Below, one piece after another: positions 11,001 to 21,222 of a stretch of DNA of 35,112 nt. Positions within the stretch are counted from its first letter, which is position 1. Each line of letters starts with the position of its first letter. The translations under genes were made by a program, and so were the position numbers. This stretch comes from Nemertoderma westbladi (taxonomy: Eukaryota; Animalia; Xenacoelomorpha), in the NCBI GenBank assembly GCA_032718475.1, contig JAUCBJ010005681.1, positions 1 to 35,112 on the forward strand. Direction: 5' to 3'. The notes below the pieces were generated by a model. It had not been told where the DNA came from. It did no database searches and saw only the letters and a program-made list of their open reading frames with translations.

Positions 11001-14000
11001 ATGACTGAGTTGATAGAAGATGCTCTTGGTATCAGGGAGCGATATACCCTACCACTGCAAGCGTTTATTGATAGTTTGATAAGCGGCGATGCTAGTCAAC
11101 ATACGACGGAAGATGATGGCCATTATATCGAACCACCAATGTCAAAGGAACAGCTCAAGCGTGAATTGGACTATTGGAAATTCACCGCTCGCTATACGCA
11201 TCGTAATGGTATGTATATGGACTTCTTAACTACTGGTCATCATATCGATTTACATGATACCGAAAGTGTAGACACCGAAAGGGAAATGATTCTATTTAAA
11301 TATCATGCCCAGCAGAATCGGAATGATAAACTGAGAATTGAACATGAAAATTCTATTTGAAACCGGATCGAAAGAGAAGATGTTGAAGAACCGTATAAAC
11401 GTAGTGACTTCAACGAATATTTAGAATTCTTGAGAGAAACTTATCTCAATGTGGCTAGTCAACAAAATCTAGAAACTCGATATCCTCAAGGTATACATCA
11501 TAACCCTATGGTAGAACTCAAACGACTCTATTTTACTATGATGTATCTTACCGCCGATCGACCGATACCTGTTGTACCGGATAGCTTCGAATGGATGGAG
11601 GAATATTGTAAAACTGGAGAAAGATCACCTGCATTTTCCCTACAAGACGTGCGTCTTTGGTATTACTGCGATGAATGCCCTAGACCCAATCAACAAACAG
11701 AAAGACATAAAAATCCGCGGAGACGTTGCGCTAAACACAGTTTTACTCGCTATACTTATGGGAGTTTTGAGCAAAACTTATTCAACGTATCACCTACGCT
11801 CACTCGACTCAAACGATCCTTAAATAAACCTATGATCAGAGTTCCGGAATACTCGGTCAGACCTCCTCATTCCCTGGTGCGACCTCAGACTCTTGATCCT
11901 AATAGTATGACGGACCCTCCTGAGTTGTACTCATTGTTCAAAGATCTAGTGTTACCTAAACAATTAGTCGGTGGCACTCCGGTTGTGGGCTCTCTAGATA
12001 TTCGCCCATCCTTCCTAGCCGGATTGGGACATGGACATCTAATATCTCCGTTCAACCCGTATAATCGTCCCGGTTTAACTCCGATACAACCTGTCACCGA
12101 GGTGGAGGAAAGCGTTGTACGAAATGCGCTAGACGCTATTCGGCAAAAGATCAGAAAAGGAACCTACGATTGATTAGACAAAAGTAGCTCTTAACGTTAT
12201 CGAAATGTATGGAGTTGTCACTTATGATATCGAAGGTAGCGTTCCGGTTGGAGAACTGGGAACTACACGAATGATACACATACAAGGACTAGCTGGTTCT
12301 ACCCATGTATTTACTCGAGCGTGTTCCGACGTGATCGATTATTCTTTTGAGACTCTTACAGAGATACAAAAGAAACTCCGACATGGACAATTCGAACTCG
12401 CGCAGCGTTATGTTTCCGATACCGAGCGCAAACTGGCCATGGGTATAGATGGATCTATGCTACCCCAGCCAGTGCTCGAGATGCTGTTTGACGAGAGAAT
12501 CCTTAAAATTGGCTCAGCTGTTTATGGAGATCTCCAAAATGACTTCAGAAACATGGAGAATATCCCCTATCCTTTCGTAGACACCCAGCTGATTGCACCC
12601 TGGGCAGAAGGCCGAGGTTTCTTCCGAACCATGTATGCCAATACATCAAGCGGAATCAATAAAGTACAAAGAATCTCTATCAGACATCTTGCCTTCCAAG
12701 AATACGGATGGAATTTCATTGTTGGAAATCCTGTCAGTTATCAACAAATATATGGAGACCATTATTCTCGATTATATTTTGACAGACCATTAACTGCACC
12801 TGGAGTCTTCTATAGCTTTATGAGTGTTCCACTCCGTCCCTCATTAGCTATATACACTATCTTCGAGAATGCCGCACTTGCCGGTTGGCTAGCCGATGTG
12901 TGCAGTCGCACTATACGCGCTCATCCCTTAGTGCTTGGAACCTAACTCACCAAGCTAGATGAACACAATAAATTCATCCGATTCGAATGCTTTAGGCACT
13001 TTCTGACTCCGTTCCGCAACGTTGATAGTCAGTTCAATGACCACGCTTTGACCAAGCTCAGCTTAAGAGATTCAGCAGCTGAGAAGTTGGACAACGCTGG
13101 ATTTGCCATTTTTAAGGACGTTTGTATACAGAACCTACATTCATCTGTCATACAAAGACCCCGAATCCCCACAGGTTATTCTATTGTGGAAGTTCAAACA
13201 GTGGGTTCACTTGAGGAAACAGCTGTACCTATCTCAGCTATGCAAGTGGAAGTAGAACCAATTTGTTTGGAATCCGAAGACATTCAACCCACACCCCCCA
13301 GGAGTAGCGACAATGATTATGTGTTGGAATGGTATCAGGGTCCACAATGTCTCATGGCATATGATTATCGGCATGCCAATTACATTTCTAGGAAACATTG
13401 CCGATTATGTGCATCACGAGACCACTTTACCCCGGTGGACTCCAGCGAACCCTGCTCCTACTTTAAAGATCAACCTATTATGGAGATTTATTGTGCGTAT
13501 TGTAGACTCAACAATCTACACATCTTCGCCGTCTGCCCCTAATTTATGACTCAATGTCACCATTGTCAGTTCAAAGGACACGCAAGTTTTGATTGCACTT
13601 TCAACCGAGATCTGGAGAGCATAGACGAAATAGTTACCCTGCGCTACATCAGAATCACGTCACCGATACTATCCAGAACATGCGTATGAAGGAATCTATG
13701 CATTTCACCCATACCTCTTTGCATCCATCGAACAAAATTCTCGCATTCCCAGTTACGAACTGATGAAGCGTGTTGGCAAGAATATTTCATCTAAATATGT
13801 TTGCAAATATCTTAGGAATATTAATCCCAATAACCTGAATTCCTATAACTTGATCAACTTCATTCATCAAGATCAGGAATACGGCGACTTGTTCATAAAC
13901 TTGCATCCTGAATTACAAGAAATTCATAGACGACCCTATGAATATAAAGCCAGAGAACGCGAATTAGAGAGAACAATTAAACCGCGGAAATTTCTCACTA

Positions 14001-14296
14001 CACACAGTCAACCTACCGCTGTCGTACAAACGACCCATCAAGGACCGGTAAGAGCTGCCATCCTGAAACGAGCTCTAAAGGTTGTTCTCCCTCATTCCAC
14101 CGATGTTGACATCGATCAACCGGGTACCTCGACCGGCGGATACACCGACCGTAATCCAAAACCTTCTGATGCAATCGTATTGCACCCTTCACCCCGGAGT
14201 TATAGCCCTCCTAGTAAAGTGGCTCGCCCCAAAGAGAAAAAGACTCTTACTAGTCTCAAAAAACTTCGTAAACGCCGTTCACGAAAGAAGGACTAA
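11001..14296 (+). pseudogene. Accessory ORF3 of element A (~1,100 aa reconstructed): Cys/His N-region, DEDDy 3'-5' exonuclease, three zinc knuckles, basic tail
   Basis: ORF pieces join through single in-frame stops (11358, 12171, 12943, 13540) and about two frameshifts. Motifs: YDIEG (ExoI), LPQPVLEMLFDERILKIGSAVYGD (ExoII), FVDTQ, IYTIFEN (ExoIII-like); CRLCASRDH, CAYCRLNNLHIFAVCP, CHHCQFKGHASFDC. Confidence 0.82.
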
Positions 14297-14365
14297 TAGT
14301 TTAGAGTATTTTTGTATTTTAGAAACTGTGATTTTTTATATTTTATAGACTTAAATCCCATTTTC

Positions 14366-14374
14366 TGGGAGCGG
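14366..14374 (+). other. Polypurine tract of element A
   Basis: TGGGAGCGG lies directly before the TG of the 3' LTR. Confidence 0.7.
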
Positions 14375-14658
14375 TGTAAAAGCTTTTGCGGACATAACAA
14401 GTCATTTTCACGCAATGCGCAGAATACTCTAAAATAGCCCTAAAATTGTTCAACTAAGCGTTGGAAAGAAATTAGAACCAAGATGACGAAATCTGTCAGC
14501 TGATTCTTTGTGTACGTGGAGGTTTCTTTGTTCAGGCTTATTCAGCCAATCAGAGCAATTTTCCCAGTTATGCCAGTAGAGACCTTCCTGAGGAAACTAG
14601 TGCAATGCATTATGGTTATCGTTATTCTGAGAATTCGATTCATCTCAGAATTCTATAC
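14375..14658 (+). repeat. 3' LTR of element A (apparently truncated on the right)
   Basis: Matches 1184-1467, then switches abruptly to unrelated GC-richer sequence. There is no terminal CA and no full copy of the upstream flank GCCTC. Confidence 0.88.
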
Positions 14659-16105
14659 GCCGCGCACGGGCTGGCTTCGGCGGATGTAACTTCAGTACAC
14701 CAGGTAATTGGTAAGGGCTAAAGTCGATTCATAATCAAAAGGACATTTAAAATTGGCAGGTTAAACTGCTAAAGGTCTGAAAGCGCGAACAGCCTCGTAC
14801 AATCACCCAACCCATCGTCATTCCGTCAGGCCGCACACCACTTGTAACACCCTGTTGGCCGGTGGTCCTGTAGTACTCTCGCCGTCATCTCGTTTCGACT
14901 CGAGCTCCTCCCCCTGTACCAATCCGCGTTCCTCGTCCTCAACTGACCTGCAGCCCATGTGACAGATCTGGTGTAGCGGGCTGGTACTGCTGGGTCGCAG
15001 CCTCCCGAATATTTAAGCCCATCTCACTGTGTTCTCTCGCCTCCCGAACTTTAGGGCATCCCAAGTTTGCTCATCGTCGTCGCGTCATCGGTGATCTTGT
15101 CGTCAACATATTGTCATCTCCGGTGATGTTTTCACTGTTCAGCATAGTTTTCCACTAGGACAGGATCCCAGTTGGCCTGAGATCCCGGCCATTTGACTTT
15201 GGTGATGTTCCCTATGTGCGTGCTGGCTAATGCAATGGCTGACTGGTGGTTGGACTGACTGACTTGGCCGTAGGCCAGTGAAATAAAAGAGTTTGTTTGG
15301 TGAACTTTACTATTAATTGACTGACTGATGAATATGGTGTACCGGTAGTGATGATAGCACAGCATAGTGGAGGAAAACTATTTCTCCTCTACTACACTGA
15401 ATAAATGCCAACTGATTGCACAATACATGTGATCATTAATATAAAGGGGTAAATACATTGCCTACCTACATGCTAATACGTTTTAGTGACCTGTGATCGA
15501 TACACTCTAAGATGCCACATGCAGCCCTCCCATTGGCTGCCTTATCATGCCATAAACCTGCCTCCCTATGGCTTCTGCTAGACTCTGCCCACCGAGGTAG
15601 ATTGTTAGTCCACTGCCAGGCTAGCCCTATTGAATCATACCTTTGCTGGTATGCCCTATTGGATACCTTGATGGCCAACTTGGTAAATCGGCTCCCCCCA
15701 CACTTTGTGGGTTGGAATTGCTGAGCGGAATGGATCCGCTAACAAGACACAATCATTGCGAAAAAATCATTCAAGGGAAAATACAATTTTGCGATTTATA
15801 TTTATATCGCGACATTAGAGACTACCTGTACTTCACACATGATATCTCGTGAACGAAACAAGATATGTAAAAACTGTTTTTAGATTTGGAATCACCAATA
15901 CATTCGATTCAGATGGGATGGATATACTTAAAAGGATAATTTTGGTACATATTATTACTTTAAATAAATTTCAGTAATATTTGAACCCTCAATGATCTCA
16001 AATATGTTTGTATGTTATTATATAAAGTCGAATTTTATAGTTATCCAAAGACAAGCTACTTTCAACTCCTCCCAGCTTCTTAACCTTCTTAGAACAAATC
16101 CATCA

Positions 16106-17422
16106 TTAAATAATAATTATCACCTTACAGTACTTCACGTAATCATACACTTTGATCTTGTCCTTCCACTGACCAGTTAGTACACCTAATGCAACTCCAT
16201 TATCTGTAACTTGGCAATCGATGTGGCACTTCTTTAGTTCGGGGATACATTGTTTATTAAACTTAAGATCGCAAATATCCGATATAACTTGTATTTGTAA
16301 AGGGCTTATTGGTCCAATAACTTCTATGCTTCTTAACTTCCTACAATCTCTGACCAGAGAAACGAAGTCTGCTCTGATTGTTTCTCCATCTCCAATCTGT
16401 CTCGCCCAGCACCACCATATCCAATCTTCTAGACAGGTCCAGAAACTATACCGCAGATATCGCAATAGACTCGATACATCCTCGACTGTTTCCATTTGAA
16501 CATTCAATATCAACGTTGTCAGAGGAGGGCGCCCTTTTATCAATCGAATAACTGATTGGAAGTTAACTATGCCACTGAAAGTCAAAAACATATGAACTGA
16601 GAGGTCAGGGTTGGCCATTCTCCATGGGCTGCTGCTGCTATCATAGGCAAGAGGTTCAATATCAGCTGATTCTTGTGCATCTATACGCAGCATCAATCTT
16701 ATGAGAATGAGAGAAGGACAGTGAGTGAGAATTCTCTGTAAAACATCCCGATTCAGGTAATTGTACGTTATTCTCAAATTTGTCAACTTCCCTAGAGTGC
16801 TGAGTTGTCCCATAGCAGAGGGAAAAGGAATTTCTGTAGAAGCAGCAGAAGAGTCAATTAATCCAAATATTTCGAGGTTTCTAAGAGACCTGTGGTTGTT
16901 TCTGACGAGAATCCTTATAAGTTGGTCGGCTTCACTTAGTAGTTTTATACCGATACCATTTAAAGTTAGTTTTTCTAGAACTTTCTGTGAATCCATAAAT
17001 GCATTCAGAAGCTGATAGAACATGATGCTGTTAAGTTTTATGTCACAGTATCTTCCGCATAAAGTGAATTCTGTTAGTTGTGATTTCATGAGATGGATCA
17101 TTGATTGAATGAGGTGGTTTATAACTTGTTGCCGAAATATGAAACCGCCGAGATATATTGAAAACTTTTTCATATGGTGTCCGTATTGCCGTAATACTTC
17201 TATCTCATTACATTGTTCGCCATGGATGGTAATACTTCTCCTTCTCCAAAGACTTGCGTCTCTCTGGATCTCATTCCATCGACGACAGGTTTCGCCAGCG
17301 GAGAAACGATCGCGTTCTGGTAGGAACCTGAACAAATGGAGAAGTAGTTCTTTCGGGAGGAGCCATTGCCAATCAGACCCTTCGCTTTCATCGCTGGAGT
17401 GGTATCGCTCTCTATTGTTCAT
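16106..17422 (-). CDS. F-box protein with degenerate LRR-like repeats (438 aa, single coding exon)
   Basis: Uninterrupted ORF. LLPKELLLHLFRFLPERDRFSAGETCRRWNEIQRDASLWRR is an F-box. LxxLxL repeats follow (LEKLTL, LRNLEI, LTNLRI, CPSLILIRL, CRKLRSIEV). ATG at 17422 has a TTCCAG acceptor-like site just upstream, suggesting a 5' UTR intron. Confidence 0.88.
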   Translation of the reverse strand: MNNRERYHSSDESEGSDWQWLLPKELLLHLFRFLPERDRFSAGETCRRWNEIQRDASLWRRRSITIHGEQCNEIEVLRQYGHHMKKFSIYLGGFIFRQQVINHLIQSMIHLMKSQLTEFTLCGRYCDIKLNSIMFYQLLNAFMDSQKVLEKLTLNGIGIKLLSEADQLIRILVRNNHRSLRNLEIFGLIDSSAASTEIPFPSAMGQLSTLGKLTNLRITYNYLNRDVLQRILTHCPSLILIRLMLRIDAQESADIEPLAYDSSSSPWRMANPDLSVHMFLTFSGIVNFQSVIRLIKGRPPLTTLILNVQMETVEDVSSLLRYLRYSFWTCLEDWIWWCWARQIGDGETIRADFVSLVRDCRKLRSIEVIGPISPLQIQVISDICDLKFNKQCIPELKKCHIDCQVTDNGVALGVLTGQWKDKIKVYDYVKYCKVIIII

Positions 17423-17628
17423 CGTCGCTCTCACTGGAAGAGTACCGGTACATTATCTATAAGCTTTTGGATAATGAAATTAATTACTTAAAAGTAATCA
17501 ACATATTCATAGGTTACGAAACTGTTATGCTACTGTATATCACATAGGTATAATAGTATAATAGTTACATAGTTGTGATATTATAATAGTTACCAATCGT
17601 TGTTAATAATTGTGAAAAAATGTTTTAA

Positions 17629-18421
17629 GGGGGGGGGGGGGGGGGGGGGGTACACCATTTTGGTCCAAAATATGTCGAAATTTTTTTATGGTCTATTATA
17701 ATGCACCATTGAATGGTATTTCCAATTCTGAAAACCGCTATTTAATAGCTCTTTTAGTTTTCAAGTTATAAAAATTTCCATTTAGGGAATCCTATTGAAA
17801 TTACTATTACGAATTCCTATTAATGAAAGGTCGATTATCTCCAAATATTTTTTTATGAAATTGTCAACTTCAAAACCCTACTACTTCTACAACGTTTGAG
17901 TAATTAAAAAAAATTAATAGATAAACTAATAGACAAGAACTAATAGAAAAACTAATATTAGTCTGAAACTTCCTGTGGGTGTCTAGATAGCCACCCTGCA
18001 TAAAAGTATCAGACAACTTTTCGAAATATTTTGTTAATAAAATTTAATACTATTTATAAAAAACCTAACAATTAGCATAAATTTGCAGCGCCACCTAGCG
18101 GTGCAGAATCATTTTAACAAAGTTTCACCTGATAGTTATGTTGCCCCATCTTTGATCTATCATATAAATCTCATATAAATCTTTCATGTGATTAGGTTCA
18201 AAACTGTAAAAGCCTTAGGGTTTTAAGCGCAACCAAGTTTTTTTTATTGTTAACTACAGTAGTATTAACTAATATTAAATAGCGAAAAATTTTTTTTTCT
18301 GACCTATCATGTAGAATAGCATCTTAGGCACCTATATGCCAAATTTTAGCCAAAACCAAACAATTTTGAAACGCTGAGAGTGATAAATCGAAGAGTTGTC
18401 CGAAAATGGTGTACCCTCCCC
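17629..18421. mobile_element. Non-autonomous DNA transposon (Kolobok-like MITE)
   Basis: TTAA target duplication (17625-17628 / 18422-18425). TIRs are G(n)TACACCATTTT / AAAATGGTGTACCCTCCCC. Purine termini plus TTAA fit Kolobok rather than piggyBac (CCC termini). Confidence 0.8.
18085..18101 (-). promoter_or_regulatory. CTCF-like binding motif inside the MITE
   Basis: Minus strand reads CCGCTAGGTGGCGCTGC, close to the CTCF core consensus CCRCYAGRKGGCRS. Confidence 0.45.
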
Positions 18422-18500
18422 TTAAGAATACGTAAAGGAACCATAAAATTGTGGGCGTAGGTCTCTTCTATATGTGATAAACAGAACATATCACTACTTT

Positions 18501-19588
18501 GGCACTACTATGTTATGGGTACCCACTCTTTGACCATTTATTTGACAATGTTAATGGCTATTATCTTGAGGTTTTTTGTTTTAGAACATTAATGTCATCT
18601 TCTGTTAGACGTTAGCTATTTGGTTTTTTATGGTAGCTAGTGATTTCTTTTAGGTAGCTACTGTTTTTAAAATTACAAAATCAAATTTTTGGTACCTCAT
18701 TTTTGATCAATTTTTTGTTCAATTTCACCTTCTGAGAGAGGTTACCTATTATTTTGTATTAAGGTAGCTAGTGTTTTTAAAGGTAGCTAGTGATCTTAAA
18801 ATTACAAAATAATATTTTGGACCATGTTAATGGATATTATCAAGATGGCTTTTTGTTCTAGAACATACATTTTTTCTGAGAGAGGTTAGATATAATTTTT
18901 ATTATGGTAGGTACCGGTAGTGTTTATAAAGGTAGCTAGTGATCTTAAAATTACCAAAGAAATTTTGTAATGCCCCTTTTATTTAGACAATTTCCATATC
19001 ATCAATATATTCTCGCAATTAATAAAAATATAAATAAATCTAGTAATAAGTAAAATAGGCCTAAATAAATAAAATAAGTAAAAACTCTATTTTGACATCT
19101 GCCTATATTTTGTATAAAATATAAAAATATAGCTAGTGAATAATTACTAGCTACTTTGACTATCAAATAAAAATTACTAGCTACACCATGACTCATAAAT
19201 TATTCCATGCAAATATATAATTGAGAATTAAATTACCGGTATATCCTACATTTACTAGCTAATAAATAGTACTAGCTAACACAAAATCAAAAGTACTAGC
19301 TACCATCTTACTGTCAGAAGGTCAAATATTTGTTCTAGAAAAAAAAACCTCATAATAAAATACATTTTTACAAGAAAATCTTGGTAAATTTTTTTTTCAA
19401 TTTTTCAATTAAATTTTTTTTCACTAGCTAATAAAAAGTACTAGCTAAAACACAAAATCAAAATTACTAGCTACCGTCGTACTGGCAGAAAGTTAAATAT
19501 TTGTTCTAGAACAAAAACCTTATGATAAAAGCCATTTTCATATTAAACAATTTGTTTAAAAAGTGGGTACCCATAACATAGTAGTACT
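18501..19588. mobile_element. Non-autonomous foldback-like DNA transposon (Merlin-like MITE)
   Basis: Perfect 24-bp IR ACTACTATGTTATGGGTACCCACT (18504-18527 / 19562-19585). 8-bp TSD ACTACTTT (18493-18500 / 19589-19596). Left terminus GGCAC fits the Merlin GGNRM pattern. Long imperfect arms are built from GGTAGCTAGT / ACTAGCTACC units. Confidence 0.75.
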
Positions 19589-20084
19589 ACTACTTTCTAG
19601 TATAGAAAGTAATAGGGAAGATTTCCGCATTCTTCCCCATTTCCAATATATATATTTCTAGCTATTATTAGGCAGTGTTTCATATATGTTATTGCTAGCT
19701 ATCATTTTTAATGGTATAGCTAGTGATTTACATACACCAGTAGCTAGTATTTTTAAAAGAAGATGAAAGAAAGAGAGGTAGAACTAGAAAGACAATGTCA
19801 GAATGTATGTGAGTCTGTAAAAAAGCAAAAGGTACATTCATGACCTACTATATATTCGACCGTGAAAGCTGCATTCTACCTACAAAATTTAGTAGGCACA
19901 CGTTCTTAAAATAATTTTTCATATATTTGAAGGATTTTATAATAAAAGTCTTCAAGACCAATTTTTTATGATTTATTTAATAGTAAATACTATAATTTTG
20001 AAACAACTTATTTTAATAGCTATTTTTTGGTAAATAGCAGTTCAACTTCGTTAGTGCGTACCTACACCATCTCCTGGAATATTG

Positions 20085-20485
20085 TGTCTTAATTCAGTGA
20101 CTTAAAGGCCACCAATTATTCTACAAATCTTAATGAGTTTGAATGAAATTTGAATTAGATATTGATTTACCTCCCTCATTCATAATGGATGCGTCAGAAT
20201 ATTTATTTTTCCTTCAATCCTTAACTACATATACACCTACACTACATATACACCTACCTACACCTACACTACAACTACATATAAAGTGTTTTATTGAGTC
20301 TATTTAATTACTATCTATTAGGACACAGTTTTTATTACATTCTTTTTTATAGAGTGTTCTACAGTAGATTGTTTAGCATTTAAATAGCCTCGAGATGGTG
20401 CTAACACTTGCCACTTTCGAATGCTAATATTCCACTCAATTTCATTAAGATTCAGAGGGGGGTGGGGTTGCACTGAATTAAGACA
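20085..20485. mobile_element. Possible small MITE
   Basis: 15-bp perfect inverted repeat TGTCTTAATTCAGTG / CACTGAATTAAGACA, plus an inner IR AATCTTAATGA / TCATTAAGATT. No clear TSD. Confidence 0.45.
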
Positions 20486-20535
20486 TGAAAAATTAATTGT
20501 ATTTTTAATATTATTTTTTGTTGTTTATAGCTAGC

Positions 20536-21206
20536 TGTGACGGGATCAGGGGATCCCGACCGGTTTATTTCGTTACGCGTCACCGTGTAATTGAGAAGAA
20601 GATAGTTTGTGGTTGTCGTTGTGATATTGTCATATGTTAACGCAAATATAAAATAACTGATATAAATATGATAGCACAGTTGAGCAAGGAATGTACAGAT
20701 AAATGTTAATAGATTGTACCGGTAGTAATGGTGACGTTAGGTGACGGTACGAAATGTCACTGGTGCCCACTGTGTGACTGAGATAACTGACCGGTAATAT
20801 AATTAACTGGTAATATATATTCACCCTTACTCTACTGTGGCCTTACTACCTAGTGGATGCTCTCCCTCGCCCCTCATTGGCTAACAACCTAATTCTCGGC
20901 TCCCACCTCTGTGGGAGTGCTTCCCCCCCCCCCCCCCCCCGCTGCTGTTACTTTCCCTTCTCAAGGGTGTCAAGTGTGTAGTGCTATGTCTAGTCTCCCG
21001 TCCTCTTGCCATAGTCAATTGGCCCCCAGTCCCAGTAGCTAGTTGGAAAAAGGGTTACATGACTATAGTACTTACTTTGATTATATTGGTTATATGATTA
21101 TATTCTAATGATTATTACATACGTACCTACTAATTGCACTTTTAATTAAATTTGCACTTAGGAGTTCGTATTACTTCACATGTGGTGCCTTCCAGGCATC
21201 CCCACA
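20536..21206 (-). repeat. Complete 3' LTR of element B (671 bp)
   Basis: Minus strand TGTG...CACA termini, immediately preceded by a PPT. 20536-20966 matches 30901-31318. Confidence 0.9.
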
Positions 21207-21217
21207 TCTCCCCCTCC
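21207..21217 (-). other. Polypurine tract of element B
   Basis: GGAGGGGGAGA abuts the LTR TG, a few bases after the ORF3 stop at 21223. Confidence 0.85.
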
Positions 21218-21222
21218 AAGTT

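Larger units (their letters stand above)
1184..14658 (+). mobile_element. BEL/Pao LTR retrotransposon element A; decayed, RT deleted, carries an accessory exonuclease/zinc-knuckle ORF
   Basis: Direct repeats start TGTAAAAG at 1184 and 14375, with a PPT before the second. Order is gag - triple Cys/His knuckle - protease - RNase H end - integrase, with BEL/Pao signature motifs. Confidence 0.93.

Noticed and set aside
11001-14296. env (fusion glycoprotein) gene
   Set aside because: No evident signal peptide or transmembrane anchor; exonuclease and knuckle motifs are present instead.
11001-14296. Separate small genes, or a host gene with introns
   Set aside because: The pieces are co-linear and joined by single stops or 1-bp frameshifts, lie inside the LTR pair, and one stop is a sense codon in the 33-kb homologue.
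14659-15900. Coding gene or named transposon downstream of element A
   Set aside because: Only short ORFs without recognisable motifs; probably repeat debris, but I cannot assign it.
17629-17650. Long G/C homopolymers as functional G-quadruplex elements (also 20923, 28765, 29392)
   Set aside because: Lengths differ between paralogous copies (LTR pair, TIR pair), consistent with slippage or sequencing error. Some frameshifts at these runs may also be artefacts.
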